A stretch of 64,000 bases of DNA from Rhodospirillales bacterium (GTDB lineage Bacteria; Pseudomonadota; Alphaproteobacteria; Rhodospirillales; Casp-alpha2): contig JAGLED010000010.1 in the NCBI GenBank assembly GCA_023145215.1, forward strand, positions 13,808 through 77,807. The letters run 5' to 3'. The position numbers and the translations under genes were made by a program. The notes below the pieces were generated by a model. The model did no database searches. It had not been told where the DNA came from and saw only the letters and a list, made by a program, of their open reading frames with translations. Of the stretch, positions 47,963 to 58,888 are shown one piece after another; position 1 is the first letter of the stretch, and every line of letters begins with the position of its first letter.

Positions 47963-49351
47963 ATGCCCACCAAAGTACTGATGCCGGCCCTTTCGCCGAC
48001 GATGACGGAAGGCAAGCTGGCGAAATGGCTGGTCAAGGAAGGCGACACCATCGAAAGCGGTGACGTCATGGCCGAAATCGAAACCGACAAGGCGACCATG
48101 GAAGTGGAAGCCGTCGATGAAGGTACACTCGGCAAGATCCTGGTCGAAGAAGGCACGGACGGCGTCGCGGTGAACACCGTGATTGCGCTGTTGCTGGGTG
48201 ACGACGAGGACGAGAGCGCCCTCAAGGACGCGGACACGTCTTCAGCCGCCCCGCCGCCCGCCGCGGCAGCGGATGGCGACGCCAAGGAAGAGGCACCAAA
48301 GGAAGAAAAGAAAGCCGAACCGGCTCAAGATTCGCCGCCTGCGGCCGCTGAAAAGTCCTCGAACATCGATGCCTCGAAGCACGACGGCACCGAGGCGGGA
48401 CCCGCACCGAAAACCGAGAGTGGGGAACGTATTTTCGCGAGTCCGCTCGCACGCCGTATCGCCAAGATGGAAGGCATTGATCTGACGCAGGTGTCGGGCT
48501 CCGGCCCGCACGGACGCATCGTCCAGCGCGACATCAAAAAGGCGATCAGCGAGGGCACCGGAAAGGCCGCCGGCAAACCGGCAGCATCGGGTGCGCCCGC
48601 CACGTCCGATCAGGCTGCAGCCGTGCCGCCTGCCGGCATCGACGAGGGGATGCTGGGGCTGTTGCCCGAATACGAGAGCGTGCCGAATTCCGGTATGCGC
48701 AAGACCATCGCCAAGCGCCTGACGGCGGCAGCACGGGATATTCCGCACTTTAACGTCACTGCGGATATCGAGATCGACGCGTTGCTGAAGCTCAGGAAAC
48801 AGCTCAATGATCGCGAAGGGGCGGACTACAAGATTTCCGTCAATGACTTCGTGATCAAAGCGGTTGCGCTCGCGCTCAAACGCCAGCCGGACTGCAACGC
48901 CGCCTATACCGATGACGCGATCCTCAAGTTCAAGCGTGCCGATATCTCGATGGCGGTGGCCGTCGAAGGCGGCCTGATCACGCCGATCATCAAGGACGCG
49001 GGCTCGAAGGGCCTCGCCAAGATTTCGGAAGAGGCCAAGGAACTGGCGGGCAAGGCGCGGGACGGAAAACTGCAACCCCAGGAATATCAGGGCGGCACAT
49101 TCTCGATCTCGAACCTGGGGATGTTCGGGGTGAAGTCGTTCAACTCGATCATCAACTCGCCGCAGGGCGGTATCCTGTCGGTAGGGGCGGGCGAGGAGCG
49201 CGCGGTCGTCAAGGACGGCGCCGTTTCCATCGCTACCATTATGACCGTCACGCTGGCGGTCGATCACCGCTGCATCGACGGTGCAACGGCGGCGGCCTTC
49301 GTCAAGGAGCTCAAGGGCATCCTCGAAGATCCGCTGCAGTTGATGCTCTAA
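47963..49351 (+). CDS. pdhC: dihydrolipoamide acetyltransferase E2
   Basis: Lipoyl ETDKA, E3-binding [15 protein letters not shown] and catalytic DHRCIDG. Confidence 0.96.
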   Translation: MPTKVLMPALSPTMTEGKLAKWLVKEGDTIESGDVMAEIETDKATMEVEAVDEGTLGKILVEEGTDGVAVNTVIALLLGDDEDESALKDADTSSAAPPPAAAADGDAKEEAPKEEKKAEPAQDSPPAAAEKSSNIDASKHDGTEAGPAPKTESGERIFASPLARRIAKMEGIDLTQVSGSGPHGRIVQRDIKKAISEGTGKAAGKPAASGAPATSDQAAAVPPAGIDEGMLGLLPEYESVPNSGMRKTIAKRLTAAARDIPHFNVTADIEIDALLKLRKQLNDREGADYKISVNDFVIKAVALALKRQPDCNAAYTDDAILKFKRADISMAVAVEGGLITPIIKDAGSKGLAKISEEAKELAGKARDGKLQPQEYQGGTFSISNLGMFGVKSFNSIINSPQGGILSVGAGEERAVVKDGAVSIATIMTVTLAVDHRCIDGATAAAFVKELKGILEDPLQLML

Positions 49352-49370
49352 GGCGAGGTGAGGACGAGAC

Positions 49371-50774
49371 ATGGCTGATACCAAATTCGACGTCATCATC
49401 ATCGGCGGCGGCCCGGGCGGGTACGTCACCGCGATCCGCGCGGCACAGCTCGGCTTCAAGACCTGCGTCGTCGAGGAAAAGCACATGGGCGGCATCTGCC
49501 TGAACTGGGGCTGTATCCCGACCAAGGCGCTGCTTCGGACCGCCGAGATCTATCACTACATGCAACACGCCAAGGACTACGGCTTGTCGGCTGAAAAAGT
49601 GGGTTACGACCTCAAAGCCGTCGTCGAACGCTCTCGCGGTGTCTCGAAACGCTTGTCGGGTGGCGTCGAGCACCTGATGAAGAAGAACAAGGTCACGGTC
49701 GTGGACGGACGCGGCAAGCTGAATGGCCCCGGCAAGGTCGACGTCTCGAAAGACGGCAAGGCGGTCGGCACATACACGGCGGACCACGTCATCGTCGCCA
49801 CGGGCGCGCGTCCGCGCGCGTTGCCGGGCATCGAGCCGGACAAGAAACTGATATGGACCTATTTCGAAGCAATGGTGCCGGAAACGGCGCCGAAAAGTCT
49901 TTTGGTCATCGGCTCGGGCGCCATCGGCATCGAGTTCGCAAGCTTCTATCAAACCATGGGTGTCGACGTGACGGTTGTCGAGGTCATGAAGCAGATCATG
50001 CCGGTCGAGGACGAGGAAATTTCCAAGTTCGCACGCAAGCAGCTTGAGAAAAACGGCCTCAAGATCATGACCGAAACCAAGGTAACCGGGGTCAAGAAGG
50101 GTTCCAACAACGTCACCTGCACGATTGAAGACGCCAAGGGCAAGACCCAGGAAATCACTGTGGACCGTGTTATCTCGGCGGTCGGCGTTCAGGGCAATAT
50201 CGAGGACATCGGGCTCGAGACGACGAAAGTGAAAACGGACAAAGGCTGCATCGTCGCGGACGAATTTTCGCGCACGGCGGAGAAGGGGATATACGCCATC
50301 GGCGACGTCGCCGGCCCGCCGATGCTGGCCCACAAAGCCGAGCACGAGGGCGTCATCTGCATTGAGAAGATCGCCGGCGTCGAAGGCGTCCACCCCATGG
50401 ACAAGGGCAAGATTCCCGGCTGCACCTACTGCCATCCGCAGGTCGCCTCAGTTGGACTTACGGAAGCCAAGGCGAAGGAAAAAGGCTACGACGTCAACGT
50501 CGGGCGCTTCCAGTTCCTGGGCAACGGCAAGGCCATCGCGCTGGGCGAAGACCAGGGACTGGTGAAGACCATCTTCGACAAGAAGACCGGGCAGTTACTC
50601 GGTGCGCACATGGTCGGCGCCGAAGTCACCGAACTGATTCAGGGCTTCGTCGTCGCCATGAATCTCGAGACGACGGAAGAAGAGCTGATGCACACGGTCT
50701 TCCCGCATCCGACGCTCTCCGAAATGATGCACGAGAGCGTGCTGGATGCCTACGGCCGCGTCATCCACATGTAG
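49371..50774 (+). CDS. lpdA: dihydrolipoyl dehydrogenase E3
   Basis: GGGPGGY, GGICLNWGCIPTK and HPTLSE. Confidence 0.97.
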   Translation: MADTKFDVIIIGGGPGGYVTAIRAAQLGFKTCVVEEKHMGGICLNWGCIPTKALLRTAEIYHYMQHAKDYGLSAEKVGYDLKAVVERSRGVSKRLSGGVEHLMKKNKVTVVDGRGKLNGPGKVDVSKDGKAVGTYTADHVIVATGARPRALPGIEPDKKLIWTYFEAMVPETAPKSLLVIGSGAIGIEFASFYQTMGVDVTVVEVMKQIMPVEDEEISKFARKQLEKNGLKIMTETKVTGVKKGSNNVTCTIEDAKGKTQEITVDRVISAVGVQGNIEDIGLETTKVKTDKGCIVADEFSRTAEKGIYAIGDVAGPPMLAHKAEHEGVICIEKIAGVEGVHPMDKGKIPGCTYCHPQVASVGLTEAKAKEKGYDVNVGRFQFLGNGKAIALGEDQGLVKTIFDKKTGQLLGAHMVGAEVTELIQGFVVAMNLETTEEELMHTVFPHPTLSEMMHESVLDAYGRVIHM

Positions 50775-50847
50775 GGTAACGCCGCCGTCTCTTTGACAGC
50801 AGGCCCATTCGGGGCCATATCGTAAAGAGGTTCGGGTACTATTTCAT

Positions 50848-50915
50848 CGTTATCCCCGCGCACGCGGGGGTCCAGCCTTTCCCCGAGCTGGGTTCCCGCC
50901 TTCGCAGGAATGACG
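50848..50915. repeat. REP/RPE-like palindromic doublet (CGTCAT.CCCGCG.A.GCGGG family)
   Basis: CGTTATCCCCGCGCACGCGGGGGTCCAG...CTGGGTTCCCGCCTTCGCAGGAATGACG: two inverted hairpin units. Confidence 0.8.
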
Positions 50916-50935
50916 GATAGGAGTTGAAAAGCGCG

Positions 50936-51889
50936 ATGAGCAACGTCGAAAACCTGAACAGGGTCCGCCATCCGGAAAAGGCCAAAAAGCCGGAGCACGA
51001 GCCGCTTCGCAAACCTGCGTGGATCCGCGTCAAGGCGCCGACCTCGGAGGGTTACCACCAGACCCGCAAGTTGATGCGCGAGCGAAGCCTGCACACGGTT
51101 TGCGAGGAAGCGGCATGCCCGAACATCGGGGAATGCTGGGCCGCGAAGCACGCCACCGTGATGATCCTTGGCGACATCTGCACGCGTGCCTGCGCGTTCT
51201 GCAACGTCGCGACCGGCAAACCAGGCAACGTCGACCCGATGGAACCCGAAAACCTTGCGATCTCGGTCGCCGAACTCGGCATGAAGCACCTGGTCATCAC
51301 GTCGGTGGACCGGGACGATCTGGCCGATGGCGGCGCGGATCAGTTCGTTAAATGCATCGAGCGCATCCGCGAGACGACGCCGGATACAACCATCGAAATT
51401 CTGACCCCGGACTTTCGCGACAAGAAGGGCGCGCTGGAAAAAGTCGTCGCGGCACGTCCCGACGTCTTCAACCACAACCTCGAAACGGTGCCCAGGCTCT
51501 ATCCGACGATCCGCCCGGGCGCACGGTATTTCCATTCGCTCAAGCTGCTGGATACGGTCAAACGCGAGGACCCGTCGATCTTCACCAAATCCGGGATCAT
51601 GGTCGGGCTCGGCGAAACACGCGCCGAGGTCATGCAGGTGATGGACGATATGCGTTCCGCTGACGTCGACTTCCTGACCATCGGCCAGTACCTGGCGCCG
51701 ACGAAGCGCCATGCGCCGGTCGACCGGTTCGTGACCCCCGAGGAATTTGCGGACTACAAGAAGATCGCGGAATCCAAGGGCTTTCTGATGGTCTCGTCGA
51801 CGCCGCTGACGCGCTCCAGCTACCACGCCGACAGCGATTTCGCCGAGCTCAAGAAAAACCGCGACGCCAAGCTCGCCGCCGGTCAGTAG
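50936..51889 (+). CDS. lipA: lipoyl synthase
   Basis: [23 protein letters not shown] radical-SAM motif and RSSYHA. Confidence 0.97.
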   Translation: MSNVENLNRVRHPEKAKKPEHEPLRKPAWIRVKAPTSEGYHQTRKLMRERSLHTVCEEAACPNIGECWAAKHATVMILGDICTRACAFCNVATGKPGNVDPMEPENLAISVAELGMKHLVITSVDRDDLADGGADQFVKCIERIRETTPDTTIEILTPDFRDKKGALEKVVAARPDVFNHNLETVPRLYPTIRPGARYFHSLKLLDTVKREDPSIFTKSGIMVGLGETRAEVMQVMDDMRSADVDFLTIGQYLAPTKRHAPVDRFVTPEEFADYKKIAESKGFLMVSSTPLTRSSYHADSDFAELKKNRDAKLAAGQ

Positions 51890-51905
51890 CGCGCACACTT
51901 ACCCG

Positions 51906-52337
51906 ATGCCGACACACGCCGAGAAACGGGTCCTGCCTTATTCGAAAGAGCAGCTCTTCGACCTCGTCATCGATGTCGAGAAGTACCCCGAGTTCCTGCC
52001 CTGGTGCATAGGCTGCCGGGTGAGAAAGCGCGAGGAGAACCTCGTCGTCGCCGACATGATCATCGGCTTCAAGGTGTTCCGCGAAAGCTTTACATCGCGC
52101 GTCAGCCATCAACGCCCGGACCGGATCGACGTCACCTATACGGACGGCCCGTTCAAGTACCTGAACAACCACTGGGTCTTCAACGAGACGGCCGACGGCT
52201 CGACCGAGATCGATTTTTTCGTCGATTTCGAGTTCCGTTCCCGCATCCTGCAGGCCGCCATCGGCGCCGTGTTCGGTGAAGCGGTAAAGAAGATGATTGC
52301 GGCGTTCGAGGGCAGGGCGAATCAGCTGCACGGATGA
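51906..52337 (+). CDS. RatA/PasT/Coq10 START-domain protein
   Basis: LFDLV.DVEKYPEFLPWC, GPFKYLNNHW.F and AFE.RA..L.G; usual position after lipA. Confidence 0.92.
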   Translation: MPTHAEKRVLPYSKEQLFDLVIDVEKYPEFLPWCIGCRVRKREENLVVADMIIGFKVFRESFTSRVSHQRPDRIDVTYTDGPFKYLNNHWVFNETADGSTEIDFFVDFEFRSRILQAAIGAVFGEAVKKMIAAFEGRANQLHG

Positions 52338-52344
52338 GATTTAA

Positions 52345-52427
52345 TTCGTCGCCCTGAACTCGATTCAGGGCCCATGATTTCTAAGTACGGCACCACCCAT
52401 GGATCCTGAATTAAATTCAGGATGACG
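52345..52427. repeat. REPIN-like inverted doublet, copy 1 (CGTC..CCTGAA family)
   Basis: TTCGTCGCCCTGAACTCGATTCAGGGCCCATG-spacer-CATGGATCCTGAATTAAATTCAGGATGACG between convergent genes; homologous to 63121-63204. Confidence 0.85.
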
Positions 52428-52431
52428 CATT

Positions 52432-52917
52432 TTAGCTATCTGCCAAGTATCTCATCATCTCCAGCGCCTTGAGCGCAGATGCGAGTCTGACCGCATGGCG
52501 ATCACCGTCGAACTGACAGCGTTCGTGGATCGTCGTATTGGCCGACGCGGCGGCAATGTGAACGAGGCCGACCGGCTTTTCTATTGAACCGCCGCCGGGT
52601 CCGGCGACGCCGGTGATACCGCAGGCAAGATCGACGCTCGCCGTCCGGCGCGCGCCCTCGGCCATGGCTTTCGCGACCTCTTCGGAGACCGCACCGACGG
52701 TTTTGAAAAGCGGCATCGGCACGCCGATCATCTCGTGCTTGGCGTCGTTGGTGTAAGTGACGAAGCCCCGGTCCATCACATCCGACGATCCCGCAATCGC
52801 CGTCAACGCGGCGGCCACCATGCCGCCCGTGCACGATTCCGCCGTCGCGACCGTCCAACCGCGATTACGGCATGATTTCAGCAATGCATCCGCTGCATCT
52901 ATAAGCTCTTTTTCCAT
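52432..52917 (-). CDS. cinA: CinA C-terminal domain protein (NMN deamidase PncC-like)
   Basis: ATAESCTGG, GSS, GFVTY.N.AK, GAVSEE.A..MA.G and ITGVAGPGGG..KPVGLV. Confidence 0.92.
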   Translation of the reverse strand: MEKELIDAADALLKSCRNRGWTVATAESCTGGMVAAALTAIAGSSDVMDRGFVTYTNDAKHEMIGVPMPLFKTVGAVSEEVAKAMAEGARRTASVDLACGITGVAGPGGGSIEKPVGLVHIAAASANTTIHERCQFDGDRHAVRLASALKALEMMRYLADS

Positions 52918-52921
52918 GTCC

Positions 52922-53419
52922 TCAGCCTAACCCGAGCAGCGAAGGTGCCGCCACCGACAATCCGTACAACACGGCGGCCGCTGCGGCACCCGCGAGAATA
53001 TCGTCGAGCATCACGCCAAGGCCGCCACCGATGTTCTTGTCGGCCCATGAAATCGGCCACGGCTTGAGGATATCGAACAGCCTAAACAGCACAAAGGCGG
53101 CGCATGCAACCTGCCACGTGATCGCGGCCGCCAGCGGCAGCATGGCGAGCCACTGTCCCGCAACTTCATCAATGACGACGGGTCCTGGGTCATGCTCACC
53201 CGCTTGGGACATATAAACGTTGGCCACCCAGATTCCGACGAACGTGAAGACGACGGTCGCGACCCCGAGCCAGATTTCGCCGCCGAAATGCGCGATCGTC
53301 CAACCGAACGGCAGCGCGAGAAGGGATCCAGCCGTGCCGGGCGCCTTCGGCGAATAGCCCGCTCCGAACCAGGTCGCGAGGAGAATCCGTAAATCGCTGA
53401 GGGGTGGGCGTCGCGTCAT
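52922..53419 (-). CDS. pgpA: phosphatidylglycerophosphatase A
   Basis: APGTAGS, HDPG.VVIDEVAG, FRLFDILKPWPI and GVMLDD; AGGA RBS before ATG 53419. Confidence 0.93.
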   Translation of the reverse strand: MTRRPPLSDLRILLATWFGAGYSPKAPGTAGSLLALPFGWTIAHFGGEIWLGVATVVFTFVGIWVANVYMSQAGEHDPGPVVIDEVAGQWLAMLPLAAAITWQVACAAFVLFRLFDILKPWPISWADKNIGGGLGVMLDDILAGAAAAAVLYGLSVAAPSLLGLG

Positions 53420-53733
53420 TTGGCTTCCTGAAAGGGCATATCGAGCGCAAGGATTAGACGAGGGCCGGATGCGTGTCGACCGCAAAGGTCGTAAATTGCC
53501 GGTTTTCCAAGCGTTTGCGACTCATGTAACGGAGGGGAAACGCTATTAATTTCTTGCATGAAAATATCCAAATGGATACGGTTTCACATCGGCATTTCAA
53601 AGCAATGACGAGGCGGTGTTGCTTTGCTGTCAGTGCCGTTCAAATAACCGGGACATCAAAATAACCGGTAAAAATTAAAAAGAATTCATTCGGTCACTAC
53701 CGAAGTTTCCAATAGGGTGCGTCAAGGGGGTGC

Positions 53734-55065
53734 GTGAGTATGCGAGATTGGGGTGAAAGGGCGACTTTTCGGCAAAAGCTGCGACGATTTATCGATCGTG
53801 CTTTTCCTGAACGTCAGGTCCACCTCAGAACCCGCGGCCGCATCAGCTTCTTCCGCATTCCCCAGTGGTTCCAGGTTTCTACCGCACTTTTCGCGCTGAT
53901 GTTCGCCGGCTGGGTCGGCTATTCGACGTTCAGCTTTGTGCAGCACGATGAGATCGTCGGCGCCAAGAACACGCAGATCGCCGACGCGCGGCGGGCATAT
54001 GACGACCTGCTTTCAGATGTGACGGCGTATCAGCGCCGGTTCGTCGAATTGACGCGTGAACTGGAAGATAACCACAACCTGATGCTGAGCCTTGTCGAGC
54101 GGAACGCGACCCTGCAACGGAACCTGTCGACGGTCGAAAAGCGGTTGGAAAACACCGAATCCGAGCGTGAAAACGTCGCCAGCGCGCGGGAAATTTTACG
54201 TGACAAGCTTTCGCGTCTTGAAGGCGACATGCACTCGCTATCGACCAAGAACTTCTCGCTCCGCGACAATCTGATGTCGGTTGAAACCGATCTGCAATCC
54301 GTGGTGCGTGAGCGTGACGATGCACACAACCGTAATACGGAACTGCAGTCGCAAGTCGCCATGCTCGAGGACCGGCTCAACAATCTGCAATCGGCGCAAG
54401 ACATCGCCGTCGACAAGATGACCGAGCGGACGATGGCGTACATCGGTTCACTGGAAAAAGTGATCGAAACCGCCGGCATCGAAGTCGACAGCCTGCTGGC
54501 GTCGTCGGACGGCATTGTCGGCAAGGTCGCGCAAGGCGGACCGTTCATCCCCGTCAAACCGGAGGACGCGGGTGGCCAGCTCATGAAGAAGCTGACCCGT
54601 CTCGACGATCATCTCGGCCAGTGGGAAACGTTGCAGGCCGTCATGGGCCGCCTGCCGCTCGCGGCGCCGCTCAACACCTATTACGTCACGAGTTCTTTCG
54701 GTAAACGCCGGGACCCGATGAACAAGCGTTGGTCCGCTCATTACGGGGTAGATTTTGGCGGTCCGATGCGCTCGCCGGTCTACGCACCGGCTTCGGGCGT
54801 CGTGACCAAGGCGGGCGTGAAAGGGCGTTACGGGCGCTTTATCGAAATCGATCACGGGTCGGGAATCATCACCCGTTACGGTCACCTCAACAAAATTCTG
54901 GTGAAGCGCGGCGACAAGATCGAGTTTCGGCAGAAGATTGCGCAGCTCGGCAATTCCGGGCGCAGCACGGGACCACACCTACACTACGAAATCGTCTTCA
55001 ACGGTAAACCGAAAGATCCGATGAAATTCATCAAGGCGGGACGACATGTTTTCCAAAAACAATAA
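53734..55065 (+). CDS. membrane-anchored coiled-coil M23 endopeptidase (LmdC-like)
   Basis: N-terminal FPERQ..R, TM helix, long coiled coil, and M23 motifs HYGVD, YGH and STGPHLHYE. Confidence 0.9.
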   Translation: MSMRDWGERATFRQKLRRFIDRAFPERQVHLRTRGRISFFRIPQWFQVSTALFALMFAGWVGYSTFSFVQHDEIVGAKNTQIADARRAYDDLLSDVTAYQRRFVELTRELEDNHNLMLSLVERNATLQRNLSTVEKRLENTESERENVASAREILRDKLSRLEGDMHSLSTKNFSLRDNLMSVETDLQSVVRERDDAHNRNTELQSQVAMLEDRLNNLQSAQDIAVDKMTERTMAYIGSLEKVIETAGIEVDSLLASSDGIVGKVAQGGPFIPVKPEDAGGQLMKKLTRLDDHLGQWETLQAVMGRLPLAAPLNTYYVTSSFGKRRDPMNKRWSAHYGVDFGGPMRSPVYAPASGVVTKAGVKGRYGRFIEIDHGSGIITRYGHLNKILVKRGDKIEFRQKIAQLGNSGRSTGPHLHYEIVFNGKPKDPMKFIKAGRHVFQKQ

Positions 55066-55513
55066 AAAGACGGCGCCAGAGAACAAACCGGCGCCGGTTC
55101 CCGCACCGCCCTCGATCATCAGCGGCGATCTCAGCATTGTCGGGGACCTCTTGAGCGACGGGGAGATCCAGATCGACGGCAAGGTCAATGGCGATATCCG
55201 GACACGCACCCTGATCGTCGGCGAATCCGCCAAGGTCAAAGGCGAGATTGTCTCCGAAACCTGCCATGTCCTCGGCCGCGTCGACGGCCAGATCAAGGCC
55301 AAGGTCGTCAAACTGGCGGCAACGGCGCACGTGGTCGGCGATATCCTGCATGAGGATCTTTCGATCGAGACCGGCGCCTTCCTCGAAGGGCACTGCAAAC
55401 GGATGGTGATCCCGGAAGACGTACACAAAGGGAGCAAAGAGAGCGCTCTCGACGCCGCCCAGAAGGCAAAACCGCAGGCCAACCTCAAACCGGCGCCCGC
55501 GACCGTAAAATAA
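55046..55513 (+). CDS. bactofilin (polymer-forming cytoskeletal protein)
   Basis: N-terminal MFSK membrane-targeting motif; PSII..DL.I.G...IDG.V.GDI beta-helix repeats; overlaps the M23 gene. Confidence 0.92.
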   Translation: MFSKNNKKTAPENKPAPVPAPPSIISGDLSIVGDLLSDGEIQIDGKVNGDIRTRTLIVGESAKVKGEIVSETCHVLGRVDGQIKAKVVKLAATAHVVGDILHEDLSIETGAFLEGHCKRMVIPEDVHKGSKESALDAAQKAKPQANLKPAPATVK

Positions 55514-55626
55514 CGCCGAAACCGACTAATTTCCGAGCATTACAGGGTTACATCGCATTGACGACGTCGCGGTGATAACTACTATATCTGGTCAGATTCA
55601 CATCACCAGGCCACAAGGGCTGCGTC

Positions 55627-57912
55627 ATGAGTAAACACGTCGATCCCGAGGAAATCCGCGAAACACGGCTCGCCGATGCGTTGTCGGAGCGGTATCTCTC
55701 CTATGCATTGTCGACGATCATGTCGCGCTCCCTGCCGGATGTCCGCGACGGCCTGAAACCCGTCCACCGGCGCCTGCTGTATGCCATGCGGCAGCTCAAA
55801 CTCGACCCCGCGTCGGGTTACAAGAAATGCGCCCGCGTCGTCGGCGATGTCATGGGTAAATATCACCCGCACGGCGACCAATCGATTTATGACGCCATGG
55901 TGCGTCTCGCGCAGGAATTCGCGCAGCGTTATCCGCTGGTCGACGGGCAGGGCAACTTCGGGAATATCGACGGCGACAACGCCGCAGCGATGCGTTACAC
56001 CGAAGCGCGCCTGACTGCCGTAGCGACCCTTCTTCTGCAGGGCATAGACGAAGACGCCATCGATTTCCGCGATACCTACGACGGCGAAGAACGCGAACCT
56101 GTCGTCCTGCCGGCCGCGTTCCCGAACCTGCTTGCGAACGGGGCGGCCGGTATCGCCGTGGGGATGGCGACCAACATCCCGCCGCACAATGTGGGTGAGC
56201 TTTGCGATGCCATGCTGCACATCGTCAAAACGGCGAAGCACACGACGGAATCTATCCTCAATTCCCGCGTTACCTTCGACAAGCTAGCCGAATTCATTCC
56301 CGGTCCCGACTTCCCGACCGGCGGCGAACTGGTCGAGGCCCGCGAAAACGTAATCGAAGCCTACAAGACCGGTCGGGGCAGCTTCCGTCTCCGCGCCAAG
56401 TGGGAAGTCGAAAAGCTGGGGCAGGGACTTTACCAGATCGTCGTCACCGACATTCCCTATCAAGTGCAGAAGTCGCGCCTGATCGAAAAGACCGCCGAAC
56501 TGCTTTTAGCGCGCAAGCTGCCGATGCTGGCCGACATCCGCGACGAGTCGGCGGAAGACGTGCGGATCGTCCTGGAGCCGAAGTCGCGCAACGTCGAGCC
56601 CGAAATGTTGATGGAGCATCTGTTCCGCGAAACCGATATGGAGACGCGGATCGGTCTAAACCTGAACGTCCTCAACCGTGACAACGTCCCGGGCGTGATG
56701 AACCTGCGCGAGGCGCTGGTGGCGTTCCTGGAGCACCGCGAGGATGTACTGGTCCGGACCTCCAACCACCGGCTCAGCAAGATCGAGCACAGACTGGAAA
56801 TACTCGGTGGCCTTCTGATCGCGTATCTCAATCTGGATGAGGTGATCCGTATCATCCGCGAAGAAGACGACGCCAAGAAAGTTTTGATGAAGACCTTCGA
56901 TCTCAGCGACGTCCAGGTCGAAGCGATCCTGAATATGCGGCTGCGTCAATTACGCAAGCTAGAAGAGATGGAGATCCGCAAGGAGGACAAAGAGCTCAAG
57001 GCGGAGCGCAAGGAGTTGAAGGAACTTCTGAAAACCGAAACCAAGCGTTGGAAGGTTATCGAAGGCGAACTCAAGGACCTGAAGCAGACCTTCGGCCCGA
57101 AAACCGACCTCGGCCGCCGCCGCACCAAGATCGGCACGCCGCCGACCACGGTCATTGTGCCGATCGAAGCCATGATCGAGAAAGAACCGGTGACGGTCGT
57201 CTTCTCCGAGAAGGGCTGGATCCGTGCCGCCAAGGGGCATTTGGAAGACGTTTCGAGCCTCAAGTTCAAAGAAGGCGACAAGCTCAAGTTCTGGCTGCAC
57301 GCCGAAACCACGGACAAGGTCCTGGTGTTCGCCACCAATGGCCGGTTTTACACGGTCGGCGTCGACAAACTGCCCGGTGGGCGTGGCCACGGTGAACCGA
57401 TCCGTCTGATGGTCGATATCCCGAACGGTCACGACGTGGTCAAGATGATGAAATTCGAGGGCGGCCGGAAGTTCCTGGTCGCTTCCGATGCTGGACGCGG
57501 TTTCATCGTCCCCGAAGACGAAGTGACGGCGCAGACCAAGAACGGCAAGCAGGTGCTCAACGTCGGTTCGAACGACGAAGCGATCGCACTTACCGTCGTC
57601 CCCGATAATGCCGACCACATCGCCGTCATCGGCACCAACCGGAAGCTTCTGGTATTCCCGATGAAGGCCAAGATCGACGGCGAGATGAAGGATGAAGTCC
57701 CTGAAATGACCCGTGGCAAGGGCGTCATCCTGCAACGATACAAAGAGGGCGTCCTCTCGGATCTTCAGGCATTCAATTTGAAAGAAGGCGTCTCGTGGCA
57801 GACCGGTTCGGGCGTGCGGTCGGAAACCAACCTCAAGGCGTGGATCGGCAAGCGCGCGGGTGCCGGCCTGATCAAACCCAAGGGATTTCCGACCAACAAC
57901 CGGTTCTCCTGA
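55627..57912 (+). CDS. parC: DNA topoisomerase IV subunit A
   Basis: [22 protein letters not shown] and AAMRYTE; alphaproteobacterial ParC-type C-terminus with no GyrA box. Confidence 0.95.
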   Translation: MSKHVDPEEIRETRLADALSERYLSYALSTIMSRSLPDVRDGLKPVHRRLLYAMRQLKLDPASGYKKCARVVGDVMGKYHPHGDQSIYDAMVRLAQEFAQRYPLVDGQGNFGNIDGDNAAAMRYTEARLTAVATLLLQGIDEDAIDFRDTYDGEEREPVVLPAAFPNLLANGAAGIAVGMATNIPPHNVGELCDAMLHIVKTAKHTTESILNSRVTFDKLAEFIPGPDFPTGGELVEARENVIEAYKTGRGSFRLRAKWEVEKLGQGLYQIVVTDIPYQVQKSRLIEKTAELLLARKLPMLADIRDESAEDVRIVLEPKSRNVEPEMLMEHLFRETDMETRIGLNLNVLNRDNVPGVMNLREALVAFLEHREDVLVRTSNHRLSKIEHRLEILGGLLIAYLNLDEVIRIIREEDDAKKVLMKTFDLSDVQVEAILNMRLRQLRKLEEMEIRKEDKELKAERKELKELLKTETKRWKVIEGELKDLKQTFGPKTDLGRRRTKIGTPPTTVIVPIEAMIEKEPVTVVFSEKGWIRAAKGHLEDVSSLKFKEGDKLKFWLHAETTDKVLVFATNGRFYTVGVDKLPGGRGHGEPIRLMVDIPNGHDVVKMMKFEGGRKFLVASDAGRGFIVPEDEVTAQTKNGKQVLNVGSNDEAIALTVVPDNADHIAVIGTNRKLLVFPMKAKIDGEMKDEVPEMTRGKGVILQRYKEGVLSDLQAFNLKEGVSWQTGSGVRSETNLKAWIGKRAGAGLIKPKGFPTNNRFS

Positions 57913-57963
57913 CGGCGGCGACACCAACGCCCGGTGATGGGCTGTTCTGGGAGCGGAAAGCGC

Positions 57964-58182
57964 ATGGAACGCACGCTCGGGTTTCTGATCGGCATCGTCG
58001 TTGCAGGCCTCATTCTGTTCGGGCTCGCGCTTGTGTTCGGCGGGGTCTTCATCGGGTTCTTCTCGGCAATCGTCGCAATGCCCATCGCGGCCCCCATGAC
58101 GACCGCAGCCCTGCTGATCGCGCTTCTATTCGGCTACATCGCATATCGTCGCAAAAAGCGCCGGGATCGGGATCGTTCTTGA
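57964..58182 (+). CDS. small 2-TM hypothetical membrane protein
   Basis: Two hydrophobic helices and a basic tail RRKKRR. Confidence 0.6.
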   Translation: MERTLGFLIGIVVAGLILFGLALVFGGVFIGFFSAIVAMPIAAPMTTAALLIALLFGYIAYRRKKRRDRDRS

Positions 58183-58241
58183 TTTTCCGGCGTCATTTTG
58201 GGACTTTCTGACGTCGCACCTACCTCGTGGAGATGACCCAA

Positions 58242-58853
58242 ATGGCACAACCGACTGAATTCAACACACTCGCCAATACCCTCTGGCCGACGTCCGCCGA
58301 CCAGCATTCGTGGTTGAGGAACCTCATGCTCGTGTTCACCGGCAGCGTCCTGCTGGCAATCTCCGCGAAGATCAACATCCCGTTCTATCCGGTGCCGATG
58401 ACCATGCAGACCTTCATGGTGCTCTGTATCGGCATGGCGTTCGGCTGGCGCCTCGGTGGTGCGACACTGCTGTTATATCTGGGCGAAGGCGCGCTCGGTC
58501 TGCCGGTCTTTGCCGGCACGCCGGAAAAAGGCATTGGCCTGGCCTATTTGATGGGCCCGACAGGGGGGTACCTGTTCGGCTTCTTTGTGGCGGCCGTCAC
58601 CGTCGGTTGGCTGGCCGAAAAGGGCTGGGACCGCAACATGTGGACCACGCTCGCGGCGATGATCATCGGTACAGCCATCATTTTCATTCTGGGCCTACTG
58701 TATCTTGGCGTCCTGTACGGTTGGGACAAGCCGATCCTGGAGTGGGGACTAATCCCGTTCCTGCCGGGCGCCGGCTTCAAGATCGGCCTGGCGGCCGCCG
58801 TTCTGCCGCTGACGTGGAAATACCTCGTTGAGCGAAAAGACCGGGAAAGCTGA
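58242..58853 (+). CDS. bioY: biotin transporter BioY
   Basis: PVPMTMQT, G.LGLPVFA, GPTGGYL.GF and PF.PG...K. Confidence 0.93.
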   Translation: MAQPTEFNTLANTLWPTSADQHSWLRNLMLVFTGSVLLAISAKINIPFYPVPMTMQTFMVLCIGMAFGWRLGGATLLLYLGEGALGLPVFAGTPEKGIGLAYLMGPTGGYLFGFFVAAVTVGWLAEKGWDRNMWTTLAAMIIGTAIIFILGLLYLGVLYGWDKPILEWGLIPFLPGAGFKIGLAAAVLPLTWKYLVERKDRES

Positions 58854-58888
58854 TTTAAGGAATTAGCCGGATTGGACGGGTAACGGGG

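Noticed and set aside
46564-48200. Near-duplicate 5' sequences of pdhB and pdhC
   Set aside because: These are homologous lipoyl domains, normal for alphaproteobacterial PDH.
51906-52337. RatA as a toxin-antitoxin toxin
   Set aside because: No ratB/pasI partner is present; next to lipA this family is the housekeeping Coq10-like ubiquinone-binding protein.
58242-58853. Solitary bioY without ECF ATPase/T genes
   Set aside because: Solitary BioY is common in Proteobacteria and not unusual.
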